A DNA stretch of 64,000 nucleotides from the NCBI RefSeq assembly GCF_006345805.1, contig NC_042998.1:88474001-88538000 (forward strand). The letters run 5' to 3'. Under the pieces are notes generated by a model. It made no database searches, was not told the origin of the DNA, and saw only the letters and a list, made by a program, of their open reading frames with translations. The translations under genes were made by a program, and so were the position numbers. This document shows positions 10,958 through 23,922 of this stretch, piece after piece; the stretch's first letter is position 1; the number at the start of each line of letters is the position of its first letter. The DNA comes from Octopus sinensis. Taxonomy: Eukaryota.

Positions 10958-12493
10958 AAATGTTTATTCAAGTGAAAGACCACCGCTTTAAAGCTGATAC
11001 TTGGAGCCTGTGCAATTTCTTCTTGTCAAAACGGAAAGGTAAAAGTTCGGAACAGCTGCGTTAGCCTGTCTCGTTTAACGTTATTCTGCACTTAGTACTA
11101 CAGTTCTTTTTTTATTCTTATGGAAACCGAAATGAGGAAATGAAAAGTTGAGATCGATAAGATTTGAACGCGGAACTCAGAGACTTGGAACAAATACCTT
11201 CCGTATAAGCATTCAATCCAATACTTTAAGCACTCTGCCAATTCGTCGCCTTCGAGGGTTTCAATATAGAATAAAAGATTCAATATCTTGTATGCCTTGA
11301 AGCTGAAAAAAAAATTATGCATAACCACACGCGCGCACACACAAAAGGTAAGCAGAGAATTCTTGTGCCAAAGCAAAAGAAATTATTACTTATATTTTTA
11401 TACTTGCTTCTTTATTTTTTCTTTTAATATCATCTTTGAGTCAAGAACAGAAGCAAATGAATAACAAACATGGCAAAAACTAATATAACTAATAACTAAA
11501 CAGATGATAAATTGATTATAATTACTGTAAGAATATAAAAATAGAACGAATAAATAGGAAGCTTGTGCTTTCGATATGCCTGGCTTCTAATAATAATGGC
11601 TAAAAAGACTTAACAAAAGAGATGCCTACAACAGACATCTGCAATGACATCGTAATTAACGCTGTCTAATTACCACAGTGCATTATTTATGACATGGATC
11701 CAAAAAGTATGATGCCGCTAGTGTGGGAAATTTATCCGAAATCAATACTAGCGTAGCAAATATTTCTTTTGTATTAATATACGTATACACACATACTCAC
11801 ACACGCCACCTACACGTACACCCACTAAGGCACGCACAAGTATATATACGTATGCATATTCATACATACATGCGTATATTACATATGTGTGAATATATGT
11901 ATGTATGTATATATGTGTATATAATTATGTATCTGAATATGTGTGTGTATACCTCCGTTCTATTAAACATGCGTTCAGGCATACACATATATACGTCTAT
12001 ATACATATATATACACACATATGCATACACATGCGCGTGCGCACACACACATACACACTATGTAAATTTTCACAGGGATACTAGCGCGCCTGCACACACA
12101 CACACACACACGCACACATATGTGTATATATTGACAGATAGATTCTACGGATAGGGATTCAAAGAATCAAACAGAGATTACAGTAAACTTCCCGCCTAGT
12201 GTGTGGTTATCGAGAAAGACGGTGGTTAAGGCCAGAATGTAATCTCGCCCTCGTTTTGAAAATCCAGGAATCACAATGATAGAGTATGTAAGAAAAAGAG
12301 AAGTTTATTCCATTAATTGACAGCTGTTTCGTAATCTATGTTAGTTACATAAGCGAAGCTACATCATCTGGTGCACATATATGAATGAATATATTTATGA
12401 ATATATACATATTCTCATAAATATAACTGTGCTGTAACATAACGACCACACAACACTTCAGAACATTTCATGACAAGTTAAAACACAAGATTC

Positions 12494-12690
<197 letters not shown>

Positions 12691-12989
12691 GAGAGAGAAG
12701 CAAATATACAAATATATATGCACATTATATATACATATATATATATTATGTATATATATATATATATATATATTATGTGTGTGTGTGTGTGTGTGTACAA
12801 ATACATATATACCATTTGCATCGTGGCAAAGTCCTGATAGCTAGTTCAATCCACATGTATAGTCAGTTATATTTAGCTTTACATCATTTCTGAGTTGTAT
12901 TATATATTATGAAATTACAATAAATGCTGTAAATATAATCTAAATTAAATATTTTAAAATATTTATTCCTTGTGTATAACTCCAATCCT

Positions 12990-13165
12990 AAACATTCCAG
13001 CCTAACTTGAAACTAACCCTTATCGTAAATATTAAACGTTAACCCTGACCTCTAACACTGAATACTAGTTTTAACACTAAGCCGAAACCTTAACCCTGAA
13101 CGCTAACTCTTATCCTCAACCCTTATCTTCAACCCTTATCCTCAACCCCTAAAATCCTAACCATA
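12990..13165. repeat. Degenerate (TAACCC)-like tract
   Basis: Repeated taaccc/caaccc/ctaac units with spacers. Confidence 0.6.
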
Positions 13166-13471
13166 AATGTAAGTCGTACTATCTTGTTTTAATACTCTAA
13201 TGCAGCAAAAAACTGGAAAAATATCAAAAATTGAAAAGTTAATGTTAATTGCGTAAACAAAAAGAAGGCTATGAGGGATGCCTAAAAATTTGATTAGAAA
13301 TGAAATGAAAAATTATTGCTCGCTTGCTTGCTGTGTTTTTTTTTTTTTTTTTAGAATAGTAGGGAAACTTATCCCAAATATATTAGATAAAAGCAAGTTG
13401 GGCAGGTGAGGTTTATGTCGCATAAGTCCGCCAATATTTTTGATGTGTGTGTGTATATGTATGTATATATA

Positions 13472-13524
<53 letters not shown>

Positions 13525-15070
13525 AACGTGTGTGTGTGTGTGTTTTACATGAAATATGTCTCGTTTAATTTAAGTGCAGACGCCTTTGTGTAGTTCAGAA
13601 CTTAGCTTGGAAATCATGTCATTTTCCGACATCATCAATAAAACTGTTAACATTTCAACGTTGTTGAAAATATAACATTTCATGTAGAAAATATGACCAA
13701 AATGCCATATTTTCACTTTCATAAATCCCTGGAAACGGAAACCCAGGAAAGTACTTTTCTTGTCAAAGGTATGTAGTTTCCTTGCCAGAAAATGAATGTT
13801 TTTCCCTACAAAATAAAACCATTAATGAACGTGTGCAGTGCCTGCCAGGTACTATAAATTATCTTGAGTAATGTTGTCACCATTGAACTTTGATTCACCA
13901 AATATTTTAATTAAATTCCTAATTAACGTGAGCAAAGTATCGCTGATCATTTCTTAGGTACATCGAATTTTAATCGAAAAGGATTAGAGCGATTAACAGA
14001 AAATACATAAAAACAGAAACTGGTCAACAAAACGACGGCCTTCTTTGTCGTATATTATTTTATCTTAGTTGAAGAGATGTAAAGTTTAGTGAAGAACCGC
14101 ATTGAGAAGAGAGATACTATGGAAGTGTATCAAGAGAGATTTCTACAAGAAAAAAAAATCATTAGGAATCATCTTTGCAAGGAGAACAATCTTTTGTGCA
14201 AGCCATCGAATTTATGTATGACTTGGCGATCACTGAAATTAGAGGCCATAAAAAAATTGCCCATTTTTACCCTTAAAAGACACTTTAACATTTTTGACAA
14301 AGATTCACTTTTTGATCCAGAAAAAAATTAATTCTGACGTGAGAAATATACTTCATTTTCATGTAGTCCTGAAAACTAAGAAGAACGAACATTTCTTATA
14401 CAGTAAATAAGAAGCTATTACGAATAGCAAAGACAAAATATTGTAGCAGTATTTAGCATTCGAAACCTTGTCAGTTCTGTAACCAGAAAAGGGCCACAGC
14501 AGGTCAGTTTCTATATTTGTCAATGTCAGTCCTTATCGGGTATTCTTAGACTGTATTTCAACCAATTGTTGTTCTGGGACATGTGTGTCGGTGTTAGGGG
14601 TAATAGAAAATTCCATGCAGTTTCGCACCATATCATGGTCGTAGATTGAGATACATGGGAAATACAATGCAGAAGAGAGAGAACACTCACGGGGTATGAG
14701 AGAGGAGTGAAAGCACTCGCAAAGGACCGCAGAGGTTTGGGGGGGGGGGACAACCAGGGCCACGTGTTGAAAGAAGTCCACTCGTCAAACATACATTTTC
14801 ATATCTCACCAAGCACTAAGACTAATCATCTTTCTCTTGTCGCCAAATGCGAATACAATATTTACTCCTCTACACACTATCTGCTTGTAGTCGGCATAAC
14901 GGTTTATATAAAGTAATTATTATAACATTTATCAGTAAATAAGTGTGTTACTGAAAACTAAATATCGTACTTCGTTTTATATCGGAGCAGCACGCAGCCA
15001 GAACAAATAATTTTGCTCTTAGCAGCTAACAACAATTTATCGTTATCCATCTATCTTTGTGTGTGCGTGT

Positions 15071-15113
<43 letters not shown>

Positions 15114-15319
15114 TGTGTGCGTGTTTAAATTGAGTTGGTTTATAAAGCTTTTTGCATGTGAAAGAATGTGTAAATATTAAAGTAATAAGATATTTGAGTG
15201 TTAACTTATGAATAACTCTTTATATTTCGAGTAAGATATCCATCAAGAAAGGAAAACGGCTAAATACAAGCGCATTGTAGTAGTGTCAGTGGCAGTAGCA
15301 GTGGTGATAGCTGCGGTGG

Positions 15320-15342
15320 CAATGGTGGTGGTGGTGGTGGTG

Positions 15343-15401
<59 letters not shown>
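15320..15401. repeat. (GTG)n(GTA)n microsatellite
   Basis: Direct reading. Confidence 0.95.
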
Positions 15402-15808
15402 CAACATGTTTCTGTTTTCAGGGTTACAGGCCTCAAAAATGATGCTGAAGTTTTCAACAAACAGGATTGTATTAAAAGGTACATTAGTCAAAATAATTTA
15501 TAGCCGAAGTGCAGTCTCAGTTGTTCATATGTCGCTAATAATGTATAATTGCAAATAGTCAGAAATTTCTGATAAGTAATTTTTTTAACAATCTTATGAC
15601 TAATCTTTATCTAATCGATTGATAAATAATATATATTTTAGTTTCTTTTCTTCTCTTCCAAAAACTTTCATATAGATAATTGTATTTATTTTACTATTTA
15701 TAAAATCGTGCAACATGCAGACAAATGGACTCTCGATTTTAGCATTATAAAAATATTATCACACAATGAGTGAAAGTGAATATATCTGTGTGTGTGCGTG
15801 TGTGTGTG

Positions 15809-15841
<33 letters not shown>

Positions 15842-16178
15842 ACTTAAAGATCATGTAGTATGACAATTGTTTTAGCTTCAACTCATAATAGCAGATGAAG
15901 TCATAAGCTAAACAACTCAAGTTGTGTATATACGCGTGTATGTGTGTGCACGTGTGTGTGTGTGTAGGTGTGCATGAGTGAGTGAGAGCAAGATTTTTAC
16001 CCAGGCTTCAGAGAGTTTCAGATTATTTTCAAACTGAATAAAATAACCGCTACTGCATATACCGAGAATTATTTCTCCTGTTTCTATACCACACACATTA
16101 CACACACAAACACGCACACATACAATTATATACATAAATATAAACATATAAACTTCAACCTAACTTCAACCACTTTAC

Positions 16179-16345
16179 AGCACCCAGTACGCTATGTAAA
16201 GTGGTTGGTGTTAGGAAGGACATCCAGCCATAGATATCATGCCAAAACAAACAATGGGGCCTGTACAGCCCGTCAGCTGGTCAGCTCTTGTCAAACCATC
16301 CAACCCATGCTAGCTTGAAAAATGGACGTTAAATGATGATAATGA
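16179..16345 (+). mobile_element. RTE-type 3' tail (truncated LINE or SINE tail)
   Basis: gttaggaaggacatccag...ccaacccatgctagc...ggacgttaaatgatgat; the same tail recurs more than ten times in the window. Confidence 0.7.
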
Positions 16346-16391
16346 TATATATACATATGTGTATATATACATATATGTGTGGATATATATA

Positions 16392-16620
16392 TATTTCTTT
16401 ACTACCCACAAGGGGCTAAACACAGAGGAGACAAACAAGGACAGACAAACGGATTTAGTCGATTACATCGACCCCAGTGCGTAACTGGTATTTAATTTAT
16501 CGACCCCGGAAGGATGAAAGGCAAAGTCGACCTCGGCGGAATTTGAACTCGGAACGTAACGGTAGACGAAATACGGCAACGCATTTCGCCCGGCGTGCTA
16601 ACGTTTCTGCCAGCTCGCCG
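16392..16620 (-). mobile_element. SINE family A, young copy with TSD
   Basis: CpG-rich full-length copy flanked by ggatatatata on both sides. Confidence 0.88.
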
Positions 16621-16883
16621 GATATATATACGTGTGGGCATGTGTGCGTGTGTGTATGTGTGTGGTCCTGAAATCTTGCTGGCTTTAAAGATATTGCGAA
16701 TATCCTAGCTGGAGACCCAACATTCCAAGTTCTTTTACAGGGCTTGGAAAAACTGGAGGAGTGCAGCAATAAGTATGTGAATCTAAAAGCGAAATATGTT
16801 GAATAAAATCATAATTAACTGGTCCTTCTGCATTTTCTGTTACCCAAAGCCAGGAGCTTTCAACTCCCTCGAGTGTGTGTGTG

Positions 16884-16937
<54 letters not shown>

Positions 16938-16940
<3 letters not shown>

Positions 16941-17100
16941 CAGGAGTGGCTGTCTGATAAGAAGCTTGCTTCCCAAACACGTGGTTCCGGGTTCAGTCAC
17001 ACTGCGTGGCACCTCGGGCAAGTGCCTTCTACAATGGCTTCGGGTCGACCAAAGCCTTGTAAATGGATTTGGTAGGCGGAAACTGAAAGAAACCCATCGT
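16938..17100 (+). mobile_element. tRNA-derived SINE family B head
   Basis: gcaggagtggctgtctgataagaagcttgc...ggttcagtcacactgcg...ggcaagtg. Confidence 0.8.
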
Positions 17101-17352
17101 GTGTGTGTGTGTATGTATATACATTAGGGTGTAACCAATAAATGTAACCACATGTGAATCGTTGTCCATTTTTTCCTCCATCTTCTTTTTCTCTTGAACT
17201 TTCCTCTGTTTCCTGTTTCTGAAGAAGAGCTTTGCTCGAAACGTAAAACCACCTTTCTTTCCTTCCCTGGGCTTCTGCTAATACTTTGCATGTACCACGT
17301 CCTCACGTTGTTGTTTTTTTTTCTTGTGTTTGTTCTTCGTTTTGGGGGATTT

Positions 17353-17387
<35 letters not shown>

Positions 17388-17428
17388 TTATTAATATCAA
17401 GAAATCAATATTAGAAAATTCTTCAGAA

Positions 17429-17517
<89 letters not shown>

Positions 17518-17552
17518 CGTGCATTATGTATGTATTTTTGTGTCTGTGTGTG

Positions 17553-17715
17553 CTGGTGTGTTTACGACCCCGTAACTAAGCAGTTCGGCAAACGGGTCTG
17601 ATAGAATAAGTACTAGGCTCACGAAGAATACGTCCTCGGGTCGATTTCTTCAACTAAAGGCGGTGCTCCTGCATGGCCGCAGTCAAATGACTGAAACAAG
17701 GAAAAGAATAAAAGA
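17553..17715 (+). mobile_element. SINE 3' part with LINE-shared tail
   Basis: ggcggtgctcctgcatggccgcagtcaaatgactgaaacaaggaaaagaataaaaga aligns to the LINE end at 1903-1960. Confidence 0.8.
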
Positions 17716-17732
17716 ATATATACATGAATATA

Positions 17733-19002
17733 TCAGGCTGAGTAAAAAGTAAGCAACGTTTTGAAACATGAAATTCATCACAATATATTTCAACAAAGCG
17801 AAAATTTTATTCATCGAGGCAAGTACCTTTACAATCAAAACATTTTTGCCAACGAGTAACAAGTTTGTTTATTCCGGTAACATAGAAATCTGGAATCTGG
17901 AGCTGATGAACTCTTTGAACGCACTTTCTGCATCGGTTTGATTTTTTAACTCCTCTCGCAGGAAACCATCAAGGAGCTTGAAAAAGTGGTAGTCGGTAGG
18001 AGAAAGGTCTGGGGAATAAGCTAGGTGGGGAAGAACTTTGTAGCCAAGTTCCTCAACTTCTAGAGCATCATCAATGAAACGTGTGGTCGAGCATTGTCAT
18101 GAAGAATGATTGGCCCTCTTCTGTTGACCAGTCAGGGACAAACAAGTATCAGTTTTTCGTTCATTTTGGCAATTTCATGCTAATATGTTTCTGCAGTAAT
18201 GGTTTTTCCGTGTTTTAAGAAGTTATTATGGATGAGTCCAGCAGTACACCAACAAACAGTCACCATAACCTTCTTTTTGAAGAGCTAAGGTTTAGGGAAA
18301 GTTTTCGGTGTTTCAATTTGTTCCAACCACTGCGAAGAACGTTTTCTTATTATTGTACAGAATCCACTTTTTATCGCAAGTTACAATACGGTCGAGAAAT
18401 GGATCGGACTGGGTACGGAGAAGAGGCGACGCGCAAATTTCACATCTGTGCATTTTTCTGATTTTCATTCAAATCATACGGTACTCATTTGTCGAGCATT
18501 TTTAGTTTTCTGATCGCATGCAAATGGTTGCAGGTAGTTTTCTGGCTAACTTGAAGTTCTTTTAAGAGTTTTCGAGAGGTTTTACGTGGATCTTTCTCAT
18601 TGACAGTCTTTAATTGACCGTCATTGACGACAGATGGGCGTCCACTATGCTCACGATCTTCAAGGCTTAGGCCTCCATTGCGAAATGGTTTAAATCCTTT
18701 TTGAGCTGACCACTCACTGATCATTACCTCACCAAAAGTTTCGTTGATATCTCAAGCAATTTCAGCTGCTTTACGTCCTTTTTTGATGTTGAATAGAAAA
18801 ATTGCTTGAATATCGCGCTTTAACAGTTCCATAACAACGGTGAAAAAAATATCAATACTAGTTTATTGATGCATTTCGGCAATTCTATGTCTGTTTTATA
18901 AGACAATTGCAAAAAATTGTTTTAAAAAACTTCAAAACTCTGCAAAAGTCCGGTACAAATTCCTCATGATTCAAAACGTTGTTTACTTTTTACTCAACCT
19001 GA
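17733..19002 (-). mobile_element. Near full-length mariner (DD34D) transposon, inactivated
   Basis: About 40-bp TIRs (tcaggYtgagtaaaaagtaaRcaacgttttgaa), TA on both sides, 1270 bp; minus-strand motifs EDREHSGRP, DRIVTCDKKW, HDNARPH, YSPDLSPTDY with stops and frameshifts. Confidence 0.92.
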
Positions 19003-19047
19003 TATATATATATATATATATAATATATATATATATATTATATATAT

Positions 19048-19080
<33 letters not shown>

Positions 19081-19082
<2 letters not shown>

Positions 19083-19170
19083 CTGTAAGATAATATGTGA
19101 CAATTATTCAATAGCCAAGATAAAACTCTGAGCTTCAGATGCCGAAATAATTGTCACATATTATTTTACA
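19081..19170. repeat. Short fold-back, 28-bp arms
   Basis: atctgtaagataatatgtgacaattatt / aataattgtcacatattattttacagat, 1 mismatch. Confidence 0.8.
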
Positions 19171-19242
19171 GATAAATTTCCTCTATTTACATAATATTGA
19201 GGTCTCTTTCTTTTGTTATCTTACTGTTTTTACCAATATATA

Positions 19243-20065
19243 TAGGGTGCGGTGAACAAACTGTCGTCTAAATTACGCAAAAATGAAAATAACACTCACA
19301 TCTCATTTTAACATATATATTTACAAAAATTACATTAAAATATCTTGAAATACTAAAGAGTAAATTTAGTCAATAAAATTGCCATTGGACTTCAACAGCA
19401 TCCTCCAGACGACTTCGGAATCTCCTGCAACACTTCTGGACGTTCTCCTTGTTTAAGTTAGTGAATGCTGCCATAATCCTTGCCTTCAGTTCATCTTTTG
19501 TGTTACAAGGAGTTATGTTGTTCTCTCGCTCAACTGTGCCCCACACATAATAATCAAAGGGGTTGCAGTCTGGGGAGTTAGGTGGCCAGATGTTGAGGGT
19601 GATGTGGTCGCAGAAATTGTCTGACAGCCATGACTGGGTTCTCCTGCTTGTGTGGCATGGTGCAGAATCCTTTTGCTAGACATAGGGTCTTCCAGCAGCC
19701 ACCTTCTTAACCCAGGGCACCACTACCTCCTCTGGGCCTCCGCGTTGAGTCTGAGGTCGTGTGGTAAGATTAATAGAGGCATAACGTCGCCATCACTAGT
19801 GATCACTTCCAAACACCATGATGTTGACTGAATGTTTGGTTTTTATCACTCTCGGTACATGCCCTCAGATTGACACTCAAACACTCTGAAATGTTCGTAT
19901 TGGAGTTTCCAAATTTCTGAGAGAGTGAATTGCATCATGGTGCGCTGTTTTTCTTACAGACGGTGCCCAACTGACCCTACGATAGTTTGTCAAAATCAAA
20001 AACAAACAATGCGCATACATGAAATTAAAAATATAAAATGGCGACAATTTACCCAACGTACCCTG
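19243..20065 (-). mobile_element. Internally deleted maT-type (DD37D) Tc1/mariner transposon
   Basis: Imperfect TIRs Yagggt...Rtgtcg flanked by TA; minus frame DSAPCH...WPPNSPDCNPFDYYVWG with 37 residues between the two Asp. Confidence 0.85.
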
Positions 20066-20104
20066 TACATATACATACATACATATATATAAATATATAT
20101 ATAT

Positions 20105-20411
20105 CACGTGATCCCGTGACCGACCAGGCTATTAGATGTTGCTACACATCAGTGGTCACAATGCGCTTCACATTGTTTTAGCCTTCAAATGACGCCACCC
20201 CGTTGTCTAAGCGAGCAGGTCAACAGAAGAAAGAGTGAGAGAAAGTTGTGGCGAAAGAGTACAGCAGGGATCGCCAACACCCCCTGCCAGAGCCTCGTGA
20301 AGCTTTAGGTGTTTTCACTCAATAAACACTTACAACGACCAGTCTGGGAATCGAAACCGCGATCCTACGACCGCGAGTCCGCTGCCCTAACCACTGGGTC
20401 ATTGTGCCTCC
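20105..20411 (-). mobile_element. tRNA-derived SINE family C
   Basis: Minus head ggaggcacaatgacccagtggttagggcagcggactc...ggtttcgattccc (A and B boxes). Confidence 0.85.
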
Positions 20412-20466
20412 ACACACACACACACACATATGAATAGACAGATAAATAGATACATAAATAGATATG

Positions 20467-20519
<53 letters not shown>

Positions 20520-20997
20520 GAATGAACAGGCAAAAACATGTGGTATCACTTTAGAGCATGGTATTTATAATTCAAACATGATTGCAGATTTGCCAGAGTA
20601 AATAAATAATTAAGTAGTTATTCATAAAGTCTCTTACAGGTGTTTCTAGAATAGCTGTGCATATAGTGCATATATCTTTGAGAAAAGATTTCCATATAAA
20701 AGCCAACTATTCTGTCTGTAGAGAGAAGAATTAAAGAATATATTTACTAAAAGATGTTAGCAGTTATCTGTTCCATCATCAAAGAATTAGGGAATATCCT
20801 TAATAATTTCCTTTTGTTGGTGGGCAACTTTTGTTTATTAGTTGCAGTTCAAGTCAGACTTTTAGTGATAAGCCAGCCTTAGAACTTTTTGTATGAATGT
20901 ATTACATTATATCATTAGATGCAATTTTATCTGTACTCTCTCTCTCTCACACACACTCTCTCTCTCACTCTCTCTCCTCTCTCTCTCTCTCTCTATA

Positions 20998-21036
<39 letters not shown>

Positions 21037-21596
21037 CATTAAAAGTCAGTTTCAATCTTGCTTACTTGCTTGCAATGTTAGCGAAACTGGCGCATAATGG
21101 GAAAATACCATGAATTAAGTTTACCCTGAAATGTTAATACGAATCGAATGAAACAAGTTTCGCGTAAATAGGTGAAATAGTTTTCAAGATATTAGAGATT
21201 TTCAAGGTATAAATAGCCAAAACGGTGCATAATAGGAAAACTCTCCGAAAATAATCTTCATCCTGAAAGGTAAGAAACTTATCTTCTATTAGACTGAGTT
21301 TTTTTCCGAGTGCATTCAACGTATTTGGCTGCTATTTCTAGAACGCGCTGCTACCACGTAACAGCGATAAAGGACCCAAAATACCTGTTATATGGTAGCA
21401 GGGTGTGCAAGAAATAGCAGTCAAATCTTTCCTTTTCTGGGGGAAAGTTGCTGTCTACACGTGATTTTCGATATCACATTCGTTAAAAGCATGCGAAATA
21501 ACGTGGAGAAGAAAAAACCCAGACAACAAAACTTCATTGCTGGGAAATTCAGAGTTTCCCGGTGACCCAACGGGTCAGGGTGGTCTAGTATATGTC

Positions 21597-21633
<37 letters not shown>

Positions 21634-21637
<4 letters not shown>

Positions 21638-21919
21638 ATTGATGAAGGAAGCGGAAGATAGATTTAACACTGGTCTTTATTCAGTATAGCGATCATTTCA
21701 AACCATCCTGCAGCTGTTTGTTAACGGTAGGATATTATGCATTTAATTGCATAAACGAAAGGGATGTTCCATGCATGTACTTCATGTGACACAAACAGCA
21801 CGGATTGATGCAATACAATTAGATGCACAATATTAGTTGCAGGATGGGTCAATACGATCATCATACTGAATAAAGACTAGTGCTAAATCTACCTTCATTT
21901 TCTTTCATCAGTTATTATT
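21634..21919. mobile_element. MITE-like fold-back, about 82-bp imperfect TIRs
   Basis: Left arm aataattgatgaaggaag...ccatcctgcagct pairs with agttgcaggatgg...catcagttattatt. Confidence 0.7.
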
Positions 21920-22072
21920 TCAACTAAAACTGCGGAATTCCTAACGTGGATGTAGAGAAAACATGTCCCAACCATCGATGATACCAGGTAGTCCAGACTG
22001 TGAATATGCTTTACTCAAGACTCTAACTGACACATATATATTAATCAAAAAAATTACAGATATACATATATA

Positions 22073-22502
22073 CAGGTCGTCGCCGACTTACGACCTATCC
22101 GACTTACAACCGATCGACTTTACGACTATTGGCGCACCACCTCCTGGCAGCAATAATAAACAGTCCAGCTGAAATCTAATGGGTTTAATTTCTTAGAAAT
22201 TAATCCGTCTACGGGTGATGTCAGCTAACAAAGGCTTCTTCTAGGTTTGGTTATCGATCGCCACTGTGTTGGATGACTGTCGTGGAGACATTGAGGCAAC
22301 TTCAATGTTTATAAGACGACTGCTTGAAACTCTAAAAAATCTTACTAATGCCAGTATAATAGTATAATACAGAATGTTGTGTGTGACTTTTACCTGAGAA
22401 TGTACATTAAGAATGTAAAAATATAAAACAAAGCTATGTAGGCCTATAGGCCAACTTACGACCAGTTAGTCAGAACCAATTGTGGTCGTAAGTCGACGGC
22501 AA

Positions 22503-22506
<4 letters not shown>
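22073..22506. mobile_element. Tigger/pogo-like MITE
   Basis: TA-caggtcgtcgccgacttacgacc ... ggtcgtaagtcgacggcaactta-TA; subterminal cgacttacgac repeats. Confidence 0.7.
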
Positions 22507-22563
<57 letters not shown>

Positions 22564-22829
22564 ATGTATGTATATATATGATTGTGTGTGTGTGAACATA
22601 AATATGCATGCATGTGGTCTATAATGATTGTAGAATTTATTTATTCACAGCAGGGGTGCAGTGAGTAAAGTTCAAGGTAGGAGTAGAGAAGTCAGACCTT
22701 AGAATGCTAAGGATAAAGGATTATAGTGAATGTCAGGGTGAACCTAATCATCACATCTGCCTGGAAAAATATAAATAAATAAATAAATAAATAAATAGCC
22801 ATTAAATTGATAGTGGTTATAACAGTTTT

Positions 22830-23250
22830 TATTAAAATGATAATGATGAGGGAAGAGGAGGAGGAGGAAGAGGAGGGAGGAGGAGGGTGATGATGGTAGT
22901 GGTGATGTTGATTGTGGTGATGGTGGTGGTGACAGTAACAGCAGCAGTGTTGGTGGCAGTGGAGGCAATAGTGGGAGTGGTTGTGGTATATGATAGTATG
23001 ATATTGGTGGTAATAGTGATGGTTGTAGTGGTGGTAGCGGTGGTGGTGGTGGTGGTGGTGGAATTATAAGAGTGGCCATGGGGTCCATTAAAATGATGAT
23101 TGCAATAAATGTGAAGAAAACATTAGTGATAGCTATGATGATGATGATGATGATAATTGTGATGATGATGATGACAACGATGACGATGACGAGGAGGAGA
23201 ATGTGGTGGTTGTGGTCGTGGTGGTGGTCATATGTGTTACAATTCAATAA
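22830..23250. repeat. GAG/GTG/GAT low-complexity tract
   Basis: Direct reading. Confidence 0.85.
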
Positions 23251-23890
23251 GAGTATGGATGGATGAATCAATAAAGACCCAGACACCCAGTAATGCTTGA
23301 TATCTGGTCTCCCTTGTCTGTGTGTTGTGTCTGTCCATAACCAACATACTTAACTGTCTCTCAAAGAAGCAAATTCACTTTGCAGTTTTGTCAAGTGTAG
23401 CAATGATTGATAAAATTTGATTCTGTTCATAAAATTGATGAGTATTTTTGTTGGTTGGCAGTGCTAATTAGTGTTAATTACAATTCTATCTCTGAAAAAG
23501 ATGACCTGTAATAAACTGAAAAATGCATTTATTTGATTCTATCAAAACTGAAATGAACTCTAGCTGTGTGGACAATGGAGATCTGCAGGAATAAATAGTA
23601 ATTAATGAAAAAAATTATTGATAAAAGAGAAAGTTGAATGTAGTAGCTTGTTGCTCAGCCTTAGATACCAAAATGCCGCTTTACATAAATGTGTATTGTT
23701 TCCATCGTGTTGAACAGTACGTTTCTGACAGCATCCAGCTGAATAGAAATACAAGGGAGATAACTACGTTGATATGTAGAATGTAGAAGATAGTTGTCTG
23801 TATATCTATCAATCAACTATCTATTGATTTATCTTTATATATATATATATATACATATATATGGACAATGAACATTAAATGATGATGATG

Positions 23891-23922
<32 letters not shown>

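Noticed and set aside
12320-12380. Hammerhead-like remnant (minus strand CAGATGA...TTAC-GAAAC-AGCT-GTC)
   Set aside because: The 3' half fits, but the core is mutated and stem I does not pair.
14089-14331. 80-aa ORF in unique-looking DNA
   Set aside because: No motif, no convincing splice sites and no resemblance to the expected GPCR ectodomain.
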